NCBI RefSeq assembly: GCF_018336915.1
Contig: NZ_CP064923.1
Coordinates: 2,100,001 to 2,132,000 of the forward strand
Direction of reading: 5' to 3'
Length of the DNA: 32,000 nucleotides
Source of the DNA: Acaryochloris marina S15
Lineage (GTDB): Bacteria; Cyanobacteriota; Cyanobacteriia; Thermosynechococcales; Thermosynechococcaceae
Shown here: piece by piece, positions 28,585-32,000 of the stretch
Numbering within the stretch: position 1 is the stretch's first letter
Layout of the letters: each line of letters begins with the position of its first letter
The notes under the pieces: generated by a model
What the model was told of the DNA's origin: nothing
What the model saw: only the letters and a program-made list of their open reading frames with translations
Database searches by the model: none
Translations under genes and position numbers: made by a program

Positions 28585-29841
28585 TTACCAACCCCCGCCA
28601 GCACCACCCCCGCCACTGCTTCCACCACCAAAACCACCCCCACCAGAACCCCCACTGGAACCTCCGCCACTGCCTCCCCCTCCGCTATAGCCACCGTAAC
28701 CGCCATAACTACTGGTAGAGCTAGAACGTGATCGGACTGGTTTTAGACGAGGTGTTTTCTCTTGAAATTCTTTGTAGAGGCCACAACAGACGCACATTTG
28801 CGTAATCAATTGCTTCCCACATTCTTTTTCTGTTGCTTCTTCCAAGATTTCTGTGGCATGTCGGGTGGTGTATTCCTCGCAATTAGAACATTCTCGAAAA
28901 GAAATCTGGTTCCAAATATAGGCGCGGATATGAATTGAATCTGAAGCATTAGGACAAGACGATGAACACTTCCAACCCATAAACTTAACGCTACCCATTT
29001 TTTGAGCGGTTTGTTCAATGGTGGTGAGGTGGGGCGAAAGTATTTCAGCATTCACTTTTTTGAGGCTTTTCTGGCAATAGATACAGCGGGGTGGTGTACT
29101 TCTCAAGTCATTGCTGTATTCCTCCCGAGAAACACGAGATCGTTTCCCTGGTTTCAGTAATGCTCCTTTTTTTCGATTAACCAGAAAACTCATGCCGCCT
29201 ATGAATCCACCACCGCCTAAGACCCATAAAATCCAAGAGAAGTCAGAACTGTCTTGAGATGTGTTGGGTATTGGATTAGAAGACACGGTGACTGATGAAT
29301 CAGAGCCGAGATGGGTCACTAAAAGCTGAGTCCCTTTCAAGGTTCCTTGATCAAAGTTGCCAGTCTTAAATTTGGGGAGAATCTGCTGGTCAATAATGCG
29401 ACCCACTTTGGCATCGGGCAAAATGGCTTCGATGCCATAACCAGTTTCGATTTCAACTCGACGGTCACTTTTGGAAATCAGGAATAGTACACCGTTGTCC
29501 TCCTCTTTTTTACCAATACCCCAGTGGTTAAATAGGCTGGTGGCAAAGGCTTTGGGTGAAGCTGATGGGGCTGTATTGGTAACAGTCACCACAGCAATTT
29601 CGCTACCATTCTTAGCTTCTAAATCAGTAATCAGTTGATTGAGTTTGGCTTCGGTTTGGGGACTGAGGACATTTGCCATGTCTGTAACCCAGGCTCCATT
29701 TTGCTGACGAGGATTGGGGACTTGTTTGTAGGGAACTGCCCGGGCTGTAAGGGGAAAAGTTGTGATGCCAGCAAGGCAACCACTGGCTATGGCAGCCCTA
29801 AGGCTAATACTTTTATAAGTGCTGGGATATGTCGTTTTCAT
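28585..29841 (-). CDS. TPM-domain (YgcG-type) membrane protein with Cys-rich cytoplasmic insert and Gly-rich C-terminal tail
   Basis: Signal peptide from the ATG at 29841 (MKTTYPSTYKSISLRAAIASGCLAGITTFPLTARA). The TPM domain reads VTDMANVLSPQTEAKLNQLITDLEAKNGSEIAVVTV...NGVLFLISKSDRRVEIETGYG.EAILPDA. It continues with a TM (FSWILWVLGGGGFIGGMSFLV), a segment with CxxC/CxxxC pairs, and the tail ...GGGFGGGSSGGGGAGGGW. The track start at 29955 would overlap the upstream gene. Confidence 0.85.
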   Translation of the reverse strand: MKTTYPSTYKSISLRAAIASGCLAGITTFPLTARAVPYKQVPNPRQQNGAWVTDMANVLSPQTEAKLNQLITDLEAKNGSEIAVVTVTNTAPSASPKAFATSLFNHWGIGKKEEDNGVLFLISKSDRRVEIETGYGIEAILPDAKVGRIIDQQILPKFKTGNFDQGTLKGTQLLVTHLGSDSSVTVSSNPIPNTSQDSSDFSWILWVLGGGGFIGGMSFLVNRKKGALLKPGKRSRVSREEYSNDLRSTPPRCIYCQKSLKKVNAEILSPHLTTIEQTAQKMGSVKFMGWKCSSSCPNASDSIHIRAYIWNQISFRECSNCEEYTTRHATEILEEATEKECGKQLITQMCVCCGLYKEFQEKTPRLKPVRSRSSSTSSYGGYGGYSGGGGSGGGSSGGSGGGGFGGGSSGGGGAGGGW

Positions 29842-29905
29842 TCTGGACGTTCCTGAACTGGATAAAGAGTTAAAGATCTCCCAAAAAAAACTCAATGAGG
29901 TTTTC

Positions 29906-30418
29906 CTATTTACCTCTGTCACCTCTGCTGAAATCATCTGAGTCCCCATAGTCACTGGAACTGCTGTGATAGCTATCTGAATCCTTACGGCTATGACTAT
30001 CGTTATGTCTGCTGGTTAGGCTCATCTTTACCCGTCTGATGATGCCAAGGCCAAAACCTAAGAAGAAGAGTGAAGGTAGCCACGCCCAAGGATGCCTTGG
30101 GGAAGAGCGGAGTTTACGATTGGTCGGAGTCGAATATGGAGTGGTGTCAGCTCTGAGGTGAGACTTTAGGTCAGTCTTGGAGGTTGTTGTGAGAAAACCA
30201 GTAACAGTGGGAGTGGATAGTGCCAAATAAGGATCTTGGCTGATTGCTCGCTGATGGAGTGTTGCTGATAGGGCAATCTTCTGATGAAGCCGGTGAGGCT
30301 GGGGAATTTCCTCGATGGTGGCGGGATAGGTGGCAATACCTGAAGGGTAACCACCAGCTATCGCAATTCCAGTCCCAATGCCGATGACCTGGCAAGTTCT
30401 AAACCTTATTGTTTTCAT
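29906..30418 (-). CDS. Small bitopic membrane protein, paralog of 30566..31120, Ser/Asp/His/Tyr-rich cytoplasmic tail
   Basis: Its N-terminus (MKTIRF..VIGIGTGIAIA), the blocks GYPSGIATYPATI / RAISQDPYLALS, a single TM (WAWLPSLFFLGFGLGII) and the tail SDSYHSSSSDYGDSDDF all align by eye with the upstream ORF. No known domain recognised. Confidence 0.55.
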   Translation of the reverse strand: MKTIRFRTCQVIGIGTGIAIAGGYPSGIATYPATIEEIPQPHRLHQKIALSATLHQRAISQDPYLALSTPTVTGFLTTTSKTDLKSHLRADTTPYSTPTNRKLRSSPRHPWAWLPSLFFLGFGLGIIRRVKMSLTSRHNDSHSRKDSDSYHSSSSDYGDSDDFSRGDRGK

Positions 30419-30565
30419 TTGATAGTCTCGTGAAATCTATTAGGGACAAGGTCCCTGAAGTAGTGACAACGTGGTTTTTGAACTGGGAATAAAGTGTTAG
30501 AAGGAAAGTGCTCAATTTTCTGTTGTGCTTCCCAATAGGAAAATTGAGCTGACTGGGAGAACGGC

Positions 30566-31120
30566 TTACCAATCTCCACCATCGCCGCCCCCATCACTGC
30601 TTCCACCACCGAAATCGCTACTATCGTTATAGTTCCCATAATCGCTATGGCTGCTAGAATCGCTGCTACAGTCGAACCAGGTGTTGCTGCTGCTCCGATT
30701 CCCACTGGACTGATTGGCTAGAATTCGCCAAAAAATAATGCTGCTAAAGCCTAGAATGCCGATCAGCACAATCCAGTCAGTAGAATCTTGATTCGAAGAA
30801 CGGGGTTGGCGACGATTCGAGTTTGATGCCACAGCAATCGATTGATCGATATGGAAAGAGGAAAATGCCAGTGGTTGTTGGGAAACTTGTCTTGGAGACA
30901 AACCCGTGGCTATGATTGTCGAAGGTGGAGTGAGGGCTGAATCGTAACCAATACCGATAGCAGGTTGATGATCCATTTTGGTTTCTATGACTGGATGCAA
31001 CTGAAGGGGAGCGACAGCTCCCTGGTGGACAGATGCTGCAGCGCAAAGGGGAACGGTTGCGATCGCAACAACAATACCAACACCCATAACTTTGTGGGGA
31101 GAATACTTTATAGATTTCAT
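30566..31120 (-). CDS. Small bitopic membrane protein carrying a YgcG-like Gly/Ser/Asp tail ending in Trp
   Basis: The ATG at 31120 is preceded by AGAGGA. It has a signal-like N-terminus (MKSIKYSPHKVMGVGIVVAIATVPLCAAA), a TM (WIVLIGILGFSSIIFW) and the tail SSDSSSHSDYGNYNDSSDFGGGSSDGGGDGGDW. Its last 16 codons are homologous at DNA level to the TPM gene's last 16 codons. Confidence 0.6.
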   Translation of the reverse strand: MKSIKYSPHKVMGVGIVVAIATVPLCAAASVHQGAVAPLQLHPVIETKMDHQPAIGIGYDSALTPPSTIIATGLSPRQVSQQPLAFSSFHIDQSIAVASNSNRRQPRSSNQDSTDWIVLIGILGFSSIIFWRILANQSSGNRSSSNTWFDCSSDSSSHSDYGNYNDSSDFGGGSSDGGGDGGDW

Positions 31121-31166
31121 TTGGAAATCCTCTGGCAATAAAATCAATAGGCGAACTAAATGAGTT

Positions 31167-32000
31167 CTACGACTGCTGTCGTTGAAATGTGTGCAGATTA
31201 TTTTGGCTAGACAGGACCTGACCGATAATTGGGTGATAGGTCTGCTCGTATTGGCTAACCCTATGTGTGGGATGAAATAAGGACTCTACATACTGGCGGC
31301 AGTCTGCCCGATTGAGTTGGAGGGCTGCTGGAATTTTGTGGACAAACTCACTAATGGTGGAGCAGATAAACCCAGATTTACCGTCTGCAATGATGTCTGG
31401 GACCGGGCCACAGTTCATGGCAATCACGGGGGTGCCGCAGGCCATCGATTCCAACATTGCTAGGCCAAAGGGCTCATCCCAGATAATGGGGAAGACGGCG
31501 ACGGCTGCCTTGGCGAGAAGATCTGCTTTTTGGGCATGGTTGACTTCTCCGAGATACTGAATGTGCTGGCCGTCAATGTGAGGTTTGATCTGTTGATCGA
31601 AAAAGTCTTGCTCGGAAGGGGCAATTTTGCCTGCCATTTTTAGGGGCAATCCGGCATGTTGGGCAATTGCGATCGCAAACTGCGGACCTATCTCTGGAGC
31701 CATTCGTCCGACAAAGGCAATGCAAGGCGGGGTCTGGCATTCAGCCGCAAAGGGATATCGAGATAAGTCAATGCTGTTGTGAATTGTATCAATGTAATTG
31801 AGGTGGGGCATCGTTGGTTTCTGGGCCTCACTAATGTTGATCATTGGAAGTTGAGGACAGTGTGCAAAGAGTGGGTGATTACTGACCTGATGTCCTCGTT
31901 GGACTAATCCTTCTGTTAGGACACTAATGACACTTTCTATACCGCCATGCGCTTTCCCAGAGTGGTGAAACCTGGGCGATATGCAGGGGGGCTGTTTGTA
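31167..32000 (-). CDS. GT-B fold glycosyltransferase (GT4-like), 5' end outside the window
   Basis: The frame is open from 31167 to the window edge (278 codons, checked codon by codon upstream of the track's ATG at 31844). N-terminal Gly-loop region: HGGIESVISVLTEGLVQRGHQV. C-terminal domain motifs: FVGRMAPEIGPQ, FPIIWDEPFGLAMLESMACGTPVIA, GKSGFI. Confidence 0.8.
   Translation of the reverse strand, partial: YKQPPCISPRFHHSGKAHGGIESVISVLTEGLVQRGHQVSNHPLFAHCPQLPMINISEAQKPTMPHLNYIDTIHNSIDLSRYPFAAECQTPPCIAFVGRMAPEIGPQFAIAIAQHAGLPLKMAGKIAPSEQDFFDQQIKPHIDGQHIQYLGEVNHAQKADLLAKAAVAVFPIIWDEPFGLAMLESMACGTPVIAMNCGPVPDIIADGKSGFICSTISEFVHKIPAALQLNRADCRQYVESLFHPTHRVSQYEQTYHPIIGQVLSSQNNLHTFQRQQS

Noticed and set aside
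28540-28731. Plus-strand Thr/Ala/Pro-rich 63-aa ORF
   Set aside because: It is the antisense reading of the GGN-rich tail codons of the TPM gene, a compositional artefact.
29990-30080. The P-x-x-P + hydrophobic helix + RR(V)K segment of the 29906..30418 protein considered as a PEP-CTERM/exosortase sorting signal
   Set aside because: There is no PEP tripeptide. The helix is followed by a further ~40-residue tail rather than ending the protein, and the paralog lacks the basic cluster.
30166-31046. Alternative-frame minus-strand ORFs (30166..30354, 30171..30395, 30415..30705, 30777..31046) overlapping the two small paralog genes
   Set aside because: The frames I chose give signal peptide, TM and tail architectures that are paralogous to each other. 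The alternative frames lack such coherence and largely arise from low-complexity codon runs.

Overview
This window looks like a chromosomal segment of a cyanobacterium. I found at least 14 copies of the HIP1 octamer GCGATCGC, an ATP synthase beta+epsilon gene pair standing alone as in cyanobacteria and plastids, and several pentapeptide-repeat and TPR proteins. I call about 30 protein-coding genes. I recognised no rRNA, tRNA, CRISPR array, transposase or integrase. Housekeeping anchors are carB, infC (with a non-canonical AUU start that the ORF track truncates), ATP synthase beta/epsilon and ilvE. Items worth a second look: (1) A co-directional minus-strand cluster at 26.8-31.1 kb encodes an SPFH/prohibitin protein, an N-terminally extended LemA and a TPM/YgcG-type protein with a Cys-rich cytoplasmic insert. 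It also encodes two small paralogous membrane proteins; one carries the TPM protein's Gly/Ser/Asp-rich, Trp-terminated tail and the other a shortened, diverged version. This is my best candidate for an uncharacterised membrane-associated system. (2) A decayed copy of the last ~57 codons of carB (11181-11355) forms a direct repeat with the true carB 3' end and brackets a secreted MBL-fold hydrolase gene, which looks like an insertion scar. (3) A signal-peptide-bearing His/Arg/Lys/Phe-rich mini-protein contains an in-frame 9-bp tandem repeat. (4) One ORF fuses a methylglyoxal-synthase domain to a DAGK-type lipid kinase domain. (5) A LysR regulator sits divergent to a redoxin+MAPEG pair, with a cluster of ATAG/CTAT palindromes between them. 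All functional calls rest on motif recognition by eye; no database search was possible.
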